Source: Cupriavidus necator
GTDB taxonomy: Bacteria; Pseudomonadota; Gammaproteobacteria; Burkholderiales; Burkholderiaceae
DNA: 32,000 bases
Assembly: GCF_016127575.1 (NCBI RefSeq)
Contig: NZ_CP066019.1
Coordinates: 2,220,001 to 2,252,000, forward strand
Direction: 5' to 3'
Shown: positions 21,773-29,308 of the stretch, one piece after another
Layout: every line of letters starts with the position of its first letter
Position numbering within the stretch: position 1 is the stretch's first letter
Notes under the pieces: generated by a model
Databases searched by the model: none
What the model saw: the letters and a program-made list of their open reading frames with translations, nothing else
What the model was told of the DNA's origin: nothing
Position numbers and translations under genes: made by a program

Positions 21773-22156
21773 TCAGCGGAAGAAGATACCGCGCGTCAGG
21801 AACGTATGATTCGCTTCTTCCGCCATCAGCCAGACCAGCACCAGCAGGCACAGCGGCGGTACCAGGATGGCGCAGATCAGCGCCATGCGCTCCCATGCCA
21901 TGTGCATGAACACTGCCACGATCAGCCCCGCCTTCAGCCCCATGAACACCAGGATCAGCGTCCAGCGCAGGTAGCCGGTGACATGGAAATAGTCGACCAG
22001 GTACGACAGCGTCGACAGAACGAACAGCAGCAGCCAGATCTTCAGGTACAGCCCGATAGGATGCTGCTGGCCGGAGTGCGCGGCATGCCCGGCATCGTTG
22101 CCGGAGCCATGCGCTGGCGTCACCGGGGTTGCGGGAGTTGCCGGATTCGATGCCAT
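21773..22156 (-). CDS. Cytochrome c oxidase subunit IV-like small membrane protein (prokaryotic COX4 family)
   Basis: 127 aa. An Ala/Pro/Thr/His-rich N-terminus is followed by three TM segments (LYLKIWLLLFVLSTLSYLV..., LRWTLILVFMGLKAGLIVAVFMHM..., LICAILVPPLCLLVLVWLM). It is the last gene of the oxidase operon, 5 nt after the subunit III stop. Confidence 0.7.
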   Translation of the reverse strand: MASNPATPATPVTPAHGSGNDAGHAAHSGQQHPIGLYLKIWLLLFVLSTLSYLVDYFHVTGYLRWTLILVFMGLKAGLIVAVFMHMAWERMALICAILVPPLCLLVLVWLMAEEANHTFLTRGIFFR

Positions 22157-22161
22157 GGCCG

Positions 22162-22869
22162 TCACCAGAGATAGAACAACGCAAAGATAAACACCCAGAC
22201 CAGGTCGACGAAGTGCCAGTACAGGCCCGCGATCTCCACGATCTGGTAGTTGCCGGTGGCCTCGTAGCGTCCGCGCAGCACGCGCGTGGCCACGATCAGC
22301 AGGTACACCACGCCGCACGACACATGCAGCCCGTGGAAGCCCGTGATCATGAAGAAGGTCGAGCCGAACTGCGCCGCCCCCATCGGGTTGGTCCACGGGC
22401 GCACGCCCTCGTCCACGATCAGCTTGGTCCATTCGAAGGCCTGCATGCCGACGAACATGACGCCGAACAGCGCGGTGACGAACATCAGCAGCGCGCACTC
22501 GCGGCGCGCGCGCCGGTAGGCAAAGTTGACCGCCATCGCCATGGTGCCGCTGCTGGTGATCAGCACGAAGGTCATGATGGCGATCAGCAGCAACGGAATG
22601 TCGGCGCCACCCACGTGCAGCGCGAACACCTCGCTGGGGTTGGGCCACGGCACCGTGGTCGACATGCGCACGGTCATGTAGCCGGTCAGGAAGCAGCTGA
22701 AGACGAAGGTGTCGGACAGCAGGAAGATCCACATCATGGCCTTGCCCCACGACACCTTGAAGGCCTGCTGGTCCGACGACCAGTCGGCCAGCAGGCCGCG
22801 CACGCCGCCCACCGGGGGCGCGGGCGCCACGCCGGGTGGGCTCGATGGTGAAGACAGTTGCGTTGACAT
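22162..22869 (-). CDS. coxP: Cytochrome c oxidase subunit III (CoxP-like)
   Basis: 235 aa with subunit III hallmarks: FFMITGFHGLHVSCGVVYL and IAGLYWHFVDLVWVFIFALFYLW. A perfect SD (aaggagg) sits 6 nt upstream of ATG 22869. The longer ORF to 23799 overlaps upstream genes and is rejected. Confidence 0.88.
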   Translation of the reverse strand: MSTQLSSPSSPPGVAPAPPVGGVRGLLADWSSDQQAFKVSWGKAMMWIFLLSDTFVFSCFLTGYMTVRMSTTVPWPNPSEVFALHVGGADIPLLLIAIMTFVLITSSGTMAMAVNFAYRRARRECALLMFVTALFGVMFVGMQAFEWTKLIVDEGVRPWTNPMGAAQFGSTFFMITGFHGLHVSCGVVYLLIVATRVLRGRYEATGNYQIVEIAGLYWHFVDLVWVFIFALFYLW

Positions 22870-22895
22870 GCCGGTCCTCCTTGCTGCCGCCGCCG

Positions 22896-23543
22896 CTAGG
22901 CCGTGCCGCAGATATAGCGCACCAGTTCGGGCGTAAGCCACCCCAGCGCCGCCAGCAGCACCACCCATACCGCCAGCAGGAAATGCCAGTAGCGCGCGCA
23001 CAGCCGCATGCGCAGCACCGCGGCCTCGCCGCTGCCGCGCGACGACATGGCAAAGCCCCAGCCGGCCAGGCCGCCCAGCACGTGCAGGCCGTGCATCGCG
23101 GTCAGCAGGTAGAAGAAGCTGCCGGCCGGGTTGCCGGCAGGCATCACCTGCATCGCGCCCAGTGCCTGCCAGGCCCACAGCTGCGAGGCGACGAAGCCGG
23201 CCGCGCCCAGACCGCCCAGGCGCAGCGCCTGCCTGGCCACGGCCATCTCGCCCCGGCCCGCGGCGCGCGACGACACCGCCATCGCCACGCTGCCGGCGCC
23301 CAGCAGCGCGGTGGACAGCCACACCTGCCAGGGCAGCCCGATGCGGTGCCAGTCCGGGCTGTCCATGCGCAGCGCATAGGCGGTCAGGAACAGCGCAAAC
23401 AGCGAGGTCACCACGCCCATGAACACCCACAGGCCGATGCTCGCGGGGGCGCGCCCTTGCGGCCGGTGGTTGGCGGCATTCTCGTCGGACGGGCTGCCGC
23501 CGAAATCGTCGCGGCTGACCTTGTACAGGGCTTCGGCGTTCAT
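22896..23543 (-). CDS. coxO: Second, divergent cytochrome c oxidase subunit III-family protein (CoxO-like)
   Basis: 215 aa with FYLLTAMHGLHVLGGL and ARYWHFLLAVWVVLLAAL motifs. The start codon overlaps the subunit I stop (ATGA at 23540-23543). Confidence 0.8.
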   Translation of the reverse strand: MNAEALYKVSRDDFGGSPSDENAANHRPQGRAPASIGLWVFMGVVTSLFALFLTAYALRMDSPDWHRIGLPWQVWLSTALLGAGSVAMAVSSRAAGRGEMAVARQALRLGGLGAAGFVASQLWAWQALGAMQVMPAGNPAGSFFYLLTAMHGLHVLGGLAGWGFAMSSRGSGEAAVLRMRLCARYWHFLLAVWVVLLAALGWLTPELVRYICGTA

Positions 23544-25297
23544 GCGACGGCTCCGCGGCTGGCATGCGGTTCAGGCTCGGCCCCGCCCTCTTCCGGCGGC
23601 GCGTTCTGCGCGATAAAGTCCTCGCGCGCGCCCGGCACGCTGTAGGCATAGGCCCAGCGGTACACCACCGGCAGGTGCGGCCCCCAGTTGCCGTGCGCGG
23701 GCGGCGTCTGCGGCGTCTGCCATTCCAGCGAGGCCGCGCGCCACGGGTTGGCGTCGGCCTTGCGGCCATGCCACAGGCTCCACACCAGGTTGAAGACAAA
23801 GAGCAGCTGCGCCGTGGCGACGATGAAGGCGGCCACCGAGATGTACATGTTCATCACATGCGCCGACTCCGGGATAAAGGCGTAGTTCTCGTAGGCGTAG
23901 TAGCGGCGCGGCATGCCCAGCACGCCCAGGTAGTGCATCGGGAAGAAGATGGCGTAGGTGCCGACGAAGGTGACCCAGAAATGGATCCGGCCCATGCTGT
24001 CGTCCAGCATCCGGCCAGTGACCTTCGGGTACCAGTGGTAGAGGCCGCCGAACACCACCAGGATCGGCGACACGCCCATCACCATATGGAAGTGCGCCAC
24101 CACGAAGTAGGTGTTGGACAGCGGGATATCCACGCTGACATTGCCCAGGAACAGCCCGGTCAGGCCGCCGATGACGAAGGTGCTGATGAAGGCGATCGCG
24201 AACAGCATCGGCACGGTGAAATGGATATCGCCGCGCCATAGCGTGATGACCCAGTTGTAGACCTTGATCGCGGTGGGGATGGCGATGATCAGCGTGGTGG
24301 TGGCAAAGAAGAAGCCGAAGTACGGGTTCATGCCGCTGACGAACATGTGGTGGGCCCACACCACCACCGATAGCACCCCGATCGCCAGGATTGCCCACAC
24401 CATGGTGCGGTAGCCGAAGATGCTCTTGCGCGAATGCACGCTGACCAGGTCCGAGACGATGCCGAAGGCCGGCAGCGCGACGATATACACCTCGGGGTGG
24501 CCGAAGAACCAGAACAGGTGCTGGAACAGCAGGGGGCTGCCGCCCTTGTACTGCAGCTGCTGCCCCATCGACACCATCGCCGGCATGAAGAAGCTGGTGC
24601 CGAGGGTCTTGTCCAGCAGCATCATCACCGCCGACACGAACAGCGCCGGGAACGCCAGCAGCGCCAGGATGGTGGCCATGAAGATGCCCCATACCGACAG
24701 CGGCATGCGCAGCAGCGTCATTCCTTCCGTGCGCGCCTGCAGCACGGTGGTGACGTAGTTGAGGCCGCCCATGGTGGCCGCGACGATAAAGATCGCCAGC
24801 GACACCAGCATCAGGATGATGCCCCAGTCATGGCCTGGGGTGCCGGGCAGGATGGCCTGCGGCGGGTATAGCGTCCAGCCCGCGCCGGTGGGCCCTCCGG
24901 GCACGAAGAAGCTGGCCAGCAGCACGATCACCGACAGCAGGTAGACCCAGAAGCTGAGCATGTTGAGGAAGGGGAACACCATGTCGCGCGCCCCCACCAT
25001 CAGCGGGATCAGGTAGTTGCCGAAGCCGCCCAGGAACAGCGCCGTCAGCAGGTAGATCACCATGATCATGCCGTGCATGGTGACGAACTGGTAGTAGCGG
25101 TTGGCGTCGATGAACTCGAAGCGCCCCGGGAAGCCAAGCTGCATGCGCATCAGGTTGGACAGCGCCACGCCCACCAGGCCCACCACGATCGCCACGATGG
25201 TGTACTGCACGGCGATCACCTTGTGGTCCTGGCTCCAGACATAGCGGGTCCAGAAGCTCTGCGGCGCGTGATGGGCGGCATCGTCGGCGTAAGCCAT
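23540..25297 (-). CDS. coxN: Cytochrome c oxidase subunit I (heme-copper oxidase catalytic subunit)
   Basis: 585 aa with about 12 or more TM segments. Canonical motifs are present: GGFGNYLIPLMVGARDMVFP, LFWFFGHPEVYI, WAHHMF and VVAHFHMVM. Confidence 0.95.
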   Translation of the reverse strand: MAYADDAAHHAPQSFWTRYVWSQDHKVIAVQYTIVAIVVGLVGVALSNLMRMQLGFPGRFEFIDANRYYQFVTMHGMIMVIYLLTALFLGGFGNYLIPLMVGARDMVFPFLNMLSFWVYLLSVIVLLASFFVPGGPTGAGWTLYPPQAILPGTPGHDWGIILMLVSLAIFIVAATMGGLNYVTTVLQARTEGMTLLRMPLSVWGIFMATILALLAFPALFVSAVMMLLDKTLGTSFFMPAMVSMGQQLQYKGGSPLLFQHLFWFFGHPEVYIVALPAFGIVSDLVSVHSRKSIFGYRTMVWAILAIGVLSVVVWAHHMFVSGMNPYFGFFFATTTLIIAIPTAIKVYNWVITLWRGDIHFTVPMLFAIAFISTFVIGGLTGLFLGNVSVDIPLSNTYFVVAHFHMVMGVSPILVVFGGLYHWYPKVTGRMLDDSMGRIHFWVTFVGTYAIFFPMHYLGVLGMPRRYYAYENYAFIPESAHVMNMYISVAAFIVATAQLLFVFNLVWSLWHGRKADANPWRAASLEWQTPQTPPAHGNWGPHLPVVYRWAYAYSVPGAREDFIAQNAPPEEGGAEPEPHASRGAVA

Positions 25298-25307
25298 GCG
25301 GGTCTCC

Positions 25308-26666
25308 TCACTTCCTGGCGGGCGCGGGTGCCGCCGAGGGCGGCACGGCCACGGCCGTCGAAGTCGTATAGGTGCCGGACGCGGCCCCGGGCGTGGCAGC
25401 GGGCGCCCCAGAGCCAGCGGTTGCCGTGGTGGCGGCGCTGGTCACGGCAGCCGGGCCGGCGGGCACGTCCGCGGGCGCCACCGGCGCCACCGTGCCGGCT
25501 TCCGCCGCGCCGCTGCCGGCCGACTTGATATAGGCGGTCAGTGCCGCGACCTCATCCTCGCTCATCGGCAACTTCGGCATCACCGGGCCGAAGCCCTTGA
25601 CCAGCCGCGCATTGGGGTCGGTGATCTCCTTGTGCAGGAAGGCATCGTCCACCTTGGCGCTGCTGCCGTCGACAAAGGTCTCGGTCTTGCCGTACAGGCC
25701 CTTCCAGGTCGGCCCCACGCCCGGATTGCCGTCGATGCTGTGGCAGCCGACGCAGCCCTTGCTCTGCGCCAGCGCGCGTCCCTTCTCGACGGTGCCGGCG
25801 TCGCCCGCGGCGCCGGGTGCGGCAGCGGCCATTGCCGCCGGCGGTGCCGCGGCCTTCGCCAGCGTCATGGCAAAGGTCTGCTGCCTGGCCAGCCATGCCT
25901 CGTACGCAGCCGGTTCTTCCACCACCACCGTGCCGCGCATGTTGTAGTGCCCCACGCCGCACAGCTGCGCGCACAGGATATCGAAGCGCCCCGCCTGCGT
26001 CGGCGTGAACCAGAACGACGTCACCATGCCCGGCACCATGTTCATGCGCGCGCGGAACGGCGGCACGTAGAAGTCATGCAGCACGTCCTTGGAGCGCAAC
26101 AGCACTTTGACCGGCTTGTTCAGCGGCAGGTGCACCTCCGGTCCGACGATCACGATATTGTCCAGGCCACGCGGATCGTCGGGGTCCAGCCCGAGCGGAT
26201 TCGCACCGGTGACAAAGCGCGCATCGGAAGCACCCAGCTGGCCGCTCTTGCCGGGAAAGCGGAAGGCCCAGGACCACTGCTGCCCCACCACTTCCATCAC
26301 CATCGCTTCGCGCGGCGGGCGCACGTAGTCGGCGTAGACGAACAGGCCCGGCGCCAGCAGCAGCACCACGCCCAGCGTGGTGCCGCCGATCAGCCACAGT
26401 TCGAGCTTGCTGTTCTCCGGGTGGTAGGACGCGCGGTGGCCGGTGCCGCCATTGGGATGCGGTGCCTCATGCCGGAAGCGCCAGACGATGTAGCCGACAA
26501 ACAGGTTGATGCCGATGAAGAAAATGCCGGTGATGACCAGGGTAATGGTCAGCGTGTCGTCCATCTGCTGCCAGTTGGACGCCAGCGGGGTCGCCCACCA
26601 CGGGCTCATGAAATGGAAGAGCACCGAACCGACGACCATGACTACGAGTGCGATGGCCAACGCCAT
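25308..26666 (-). CDS. coxM: Cytochrome c oxidase subunit II with fused C-terminal cytochrome c (caa3-type)
   Basis: - Two N-terminal TM segments.
- CuA site: HDFYVP...CAQLCGVGHYNM.
- Heme c motif: CVGCHS.
- Ala/Pro/Thr-rich tail.
- The SD (ggaggagg) is best spaced for ATG 26666. An in-frame GTG at 26672 is the alternative start. Confidence 0.92.
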   Translation of the reverse strand: MALAIALVVMVVGSVLFHFMSPWWATPLASNWQQMDDTLTITLVITGIFFIGINLFVGYIVWRFRHEAPHPNGGTGHRASYHPENSKLELWLIGGTTLGVVLLLAPGLFVYADYVRPPREAMVMEVVGQQWSWAFRFPGKSGQLGASDARFVTGANPLGLDPDDPRGLDNIVIVGPEVHLPLNKPVKVLLRSKDVLHDFYVPPFRARMNMVPGMVTSFWFTPTQAGRFDILCAQLCGVGHYNMRGTVVVEEPAAYEAWLARQQTFAMTLAKAAAPPAAMAAAAPGAAGDAGTVEKGRALAQSKGCVGCHSIDGNPGVGPTWKGLYGKTETFVDGSSAKVDDAFLHKEITDPNARLVKGFGPVMPKLPMSEDEVAALTAYIKSAGSGAAEAGTVAPVAPADVPAGPAAVTSAATTATAGSGAPAATPGAASGTYTTSTAVAVPPSAAPAPARK

Positions 26667-26761
26667 ATCCACCCTCCTCCTCGCGCGCGGCGAGGGATGC
26701 GCAAGTCACGCAGGTAGACATAAGACTAGTGCATGCCGTCAGGTCACTGCAAGGCGACATG

Positions 26762-26773
26762 CCAATGCATTGG
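26762..26773. promoter_or_regulatory. Perfect 12-bp palindrome CCAATGCATTGG upstream of the oxidase operon
   Basis: It lies about 95-105 nt upstream of the subunit II start. The flanks gcgaca (26754-26759) and tgtcgc (26774-26779) are also complementary. Candidate regulator site; family unknown. Confidence 0.2.
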
Positions 26774-26801
26774 TGTCGCACTGCACAAGCGCGCAGCGCG
26801 A

Positions 26802-26840
26802 GAAAAAGCGGCGGCGGGAACCCCTGGTTCCGGCCGCCGC
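26802..26840 (-). terminator. Rho-independent terminator after the 4-TM protein gene
   Basis: On the - strand the sequence reads GCGGCGGCCGGAACC-AGG-GGTTCCCGCCGCCGC followed by TTTTTCT. The stem spans 26808-26840 and the T tract is the complement of 26802-26807. Confidence 0.8.
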
Positions 26841-26929
26841 AGGTCTTGCGCGCGTACCCGCCCAAAGGCTGGCGCGCGCAACGCAACCGCCATGAGCCGG
26901 CGCTCGCCGCGCCCTGCCCCGAAGCGCTG

Positions 26930-27433
26930 TCAGTGCGATACGTCCTTGCTCTCCAGCTTCCAGTAGCATGCCGCCGCGGCCATCCCGAAGATCAGATGCC
27001 CGATGAAGGTATGCCACCCGCGCACCTCGACAAACCAGTGGAAGGCCAACGTCATCACATAGAAATTGAAGAAGTACACTACCATGCCAAACACGGCGCC
27101 CGCCAGCATTGCCATGCCCAGGCTCGAATCCAGCGTGAATGGCGCGATGATGGCCGCCAGGATCATGCCCAGCACGGCGCCCAGCACGAAATGGATCACC
27201 AGCGCCGCGGCCACCGTGCCGACGGTAAACGTTGCGCTCTGCAGCACGTCCTGGCCCATCAGGATCCCGGCGATCATGCGCGTGGCGATCCACGGGTTCA
27301 CGCCCGACACCATCGACGACCAGAACAGCTCCAGCACCAGCAGCAACGCCCCGGCCGCCAGCCCCGAGACCGCTGCCGCGGTCCAGTCCGGCTGCCGCCG
27401 CACGTAGTGGTGCGATTGCATGTGAAGTTCCAT
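26930..27433 (-). CDS. Uncharacterised 4-TM inner-membrane protein
   Basis: 167 aa. SD (ggaggtg) upstream of ATG 27433. There are four hydrophobic segments (AAVSGLAAGALLLVLELFW, VAAALVIHFVLGAVLGMILAAII, MAMLAGAVFGMVVYFFNFYVM, FIGHLIFGMAAAACYW). I could not assign a family. Confidence 0.65.
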   Translation of the reverse strand: MELHMQSHHYVRRQPDWTAAAVSGLAAGALLLVLELFWSSMVSGVNPWIATRMIAGILMGQDVLQSATFTVGTVAAALVIHFVLGAVLGMILAAIIAPFTLDSSLGMAMLAGAVFGMVVYFFNFYVMTLAFHWFVEVRGWHTFIGHLIFGMAAAACYWKLESKDVSH

Positions 27434-27644
27434 AGCCACCTCCGTCTCTCTCGGTCCGCGGGGCATTGGACTTGAATGGGAACGGGGCCCCGCGTCTCTG
27501 ATCAGCATAGGACACGTGTTTCCCGCTTCGGGGGTTCGCATGGCGAAAAACGTGGGGCATGCGTACGCAGCGCAACGCCTGAACCGTCCTAAGTGCGCGC
27601 ATCGGTACCTGGGTGGCATCCGCATCTCCCGGGTTCGGGACAAT

Positions 27645-27670
27645 CCCGATGCACGCAGCCATGCATCGGG
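27645..27670. promoter_or_regulatory. Perfect 9-bp inverted repeat next to a TATACT -10-like hexamer
   Basis: Arms cccgatgca (27645-27653) and tgcatcggg (27662-27670) flank an 8-nt spacer. TATACT lies at 27682-27687, about 30 nt upstream of the small ORF at 27718. Confidence 0.25.
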
Positions 27671-27717
27671 CACACACTGCCTATACTGGAATCACAAAAG
27701 AGAGACAGGAGACCGCC

Positions 27718-27897
27718 ATGCACTTCACCGCGCATGATCTTGTATTCCTGATTCCGATGGCGCTGGTAGGCGTGATCGCCATGGGTTCGATCCCGGTGAC
27801 TGCCAAGTACCTGCGCATCAGTTGCCGGACCATGGGCGCCCTGATCGGCGCACTGGTTGCCGTGTTGGTGCTAGAGGCATTACCGCTGCTGATCTGA
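27718..27897 (+). CDS. Small hydrophobic protein (59 aa, 2 predicted TM segments)
   Basis: ATG 27718 is preceded by an SD (aggag) at 6-nt spacing. The sequence is MHFTAHDLVFLIPMALVGVIAMGSIPVTAKYLRISCRTMGALIGALVAVLVLEALPLLI. I recognised no family. Confidence 0.45.
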   Translation: MHFTAHDLVFLIPMALVGVIAMGSIPVTAKYLRISCRTMGALIGALVAVLVLEALPLLI

Positions 27898-27939
27898 CCC
27901 CAGAGGTCGGACAGACGGTTTTTGGGGAGGAGGGCCGTT

Positions 27940-28104
27940 ATGTCGATCGGCCTGCTTGCTGCCGTCATGGCGGCGCTGCTGTTCATTACCGTCTTGCGGG
28001 CCATCTGGCGCTGCAGCCATCCGTACCGGATGCGCTACCGGCGTTGCGCTGCACAACGGCAACGCGCCGGGCTGTGCCGGCATACGCTGCGACGGCACGG
28101 CTAG
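27940..28104 (+). CDS. Small protein (54 aa): one TM segment plus a very basic Cys/Arg-rich tail
   Basis: ATG 27940 is preceded by a very strong SD (ggaggaggg) at 5-nt spacing. The sequence is MSIGLLAAVMAALLFITVLRAIWRCSHPYRMRYRRCAAQRQRAGLCRHTLRRHG. The Arg-rich tail could be a GC artefact, hence moderate confidence. Confidence 0.4.
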   Translation: MSIGLLAAVMAALLFITVLRAIWRCSHPYRMRYRRCAAQRQRAGLCRHTLRRHG

Positions 28105-28161
28105 GCCCCAACAAGCGTTCTTCTGCACCATTGCCCGGTACGCGAACCGGGCAGTAGTCCA

Positions 28162-29178
28162 TCATGCCGTCGGCGCGCGCAACGCCGCCAGCGGCGCGTT
28201 CACTGACTCCCCCAGCCGCTCCATCAGCGAATAGCGCGCCACGTAGTGGCGGAAGTGCTCGATGAACGCGGCCTCGGCCGGCGTCTGGCGCCGCTCCGGA
28301 TTCCACAGCAGGTACATGTCGATATCGGCCACGCCCTCTTCGGGCGGCAGGCGCCACAGCCGTTGCTGGGCGACATCGTCGGCAACGATATGTTCGGGCA
28401 GGCAGCCAATGCCATAGCCCGCGAACACCAGCCGCCGGATTTCATCGAGGCTGGGCGAGGTCGCGACGATCTGGCCGGAAAAGCCGTGCTGGTCGCGGAA
28501 TACGGCCAATGGCGCCAGCACGTCGCCAAGCTGGTCGCTGCTGAACGAGACGAAGTGCTCGGCCAGCAGGTCGGCAATGGCCAGCCCGGTGCGCCCGAAC
28601 AGCCGGTGATGGCGCCCGCAGAAGATGGCATAGCGCTGGCGCAGGAACAGCATGTGCTCAAGCCCGTCGCCCGACTGCCGGCCCGGCTGCCGGTACAGGC
28701 TCAGGCCCACGCCGCCAGCCTTCTGCGCGAGCGCGTCCGCAATCTCGGTGCTGCGCATCACGTCCACCTGCAGCGTGACGCGCGGATGCTGCCGATGGAA
28801 CGCGGCCAGGCATTCGTCATAGACGCCTGAATGGATACGGCTCACGGTCAGCAGCCGCAGCAGGCCGCTGACTTCGTCCTGCTGCTCCGCCAGTTCAGCC
28901 CCCAGCCGCGCCACGCTGCCATAGACGTCGGTGGCGATGCGCAGCACTTCTTCGCCGGCCCGGGTCAGGCGGAAATTGCTGCCGCGCCGCTCGATCAGCG
29001 TGTGTCCCAGATGCTCTTCGAGCCGGCGCAAGGCCAGGCTCACCGCCGGCTGGGTGATATGCAGCCGCACCGCGGCGCGGCTCAGGCTGCGCTCGTGGAC
29101 GATGGTCAGGAAGGTGCGCAGCAGGTTCCAGTCGAGCCGGTCGGTCAGCAGGGCCCGGTCCAGGGCAGAACGCTCCAT
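28162..29178 (-). CDS. LysR-family transcriptional regulator
   Basis: The N-terminal wHTH reads LDWNLLRTFLTIVHERSLSRAAVRLHITQPAVSLALRRLEEHLGHTLIER, followed by a LysR substrate-binding domain. The ORF begins with tandem GTG-ATG, and ATG 29178 is the preferred start. It is divergent from the MFS operon. Confidence 0.9.
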   Translation of the reverse strand: MERSALDRALLTDRLDWNLLRTFLTIVHERSLSRAAVRLHITQPAVSLALRRLEEHLGHTLIERRGSNFRLTRAGEEVLRIATDVYGSVARLGAELAEQQDEVSGLLRLLTVSRIHSGVYDECLAAFHRQHPRVTLQVDVMRSTEIADALAQKAGGVGLSLYRQPGRQSGDGLEHMLFLRQRYAIFCGRHHRLFGRTGLAIADLLAEHFVSFSSDQLGDVLAPLAVFRDQHGFSGQIVATSPSLDEIRRLVFAGYGIGCLPEHIVADDVAQQRLWRLPPEEGVADIDMYLLWNPERRQTPAEAAFIEHFRHYVARYSLMERLGESVNAPLAALRAPTA

Positions 29179-29187
29179 CACGCAACG

Positions 29188-29204
29188 TATAAATTGAAGT
29201 TATA
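29188..29204. promoter_or_regulatory. LysR-type T-N11-A box (TATAA-N7-TTATA) in an AT-rich divergent promoter region
   Basis: The dyad tataaattgaagttata lies in the 130-bp strongly AT-rich spacer between the LysR gene and the MFS gene. This is the classic position for LysR autoregulation and activation. Confidence 0.45.
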
Positions 29205-29308
29205 TGAAAAATAAATATTAGAAATTTGACTGATATTTGTCAACGCGCGATAACTCCTCCCACAGCTGCCCCTGATGCAGCGGCACAAACATAGTGAGGA
29301 GCCAGTCC

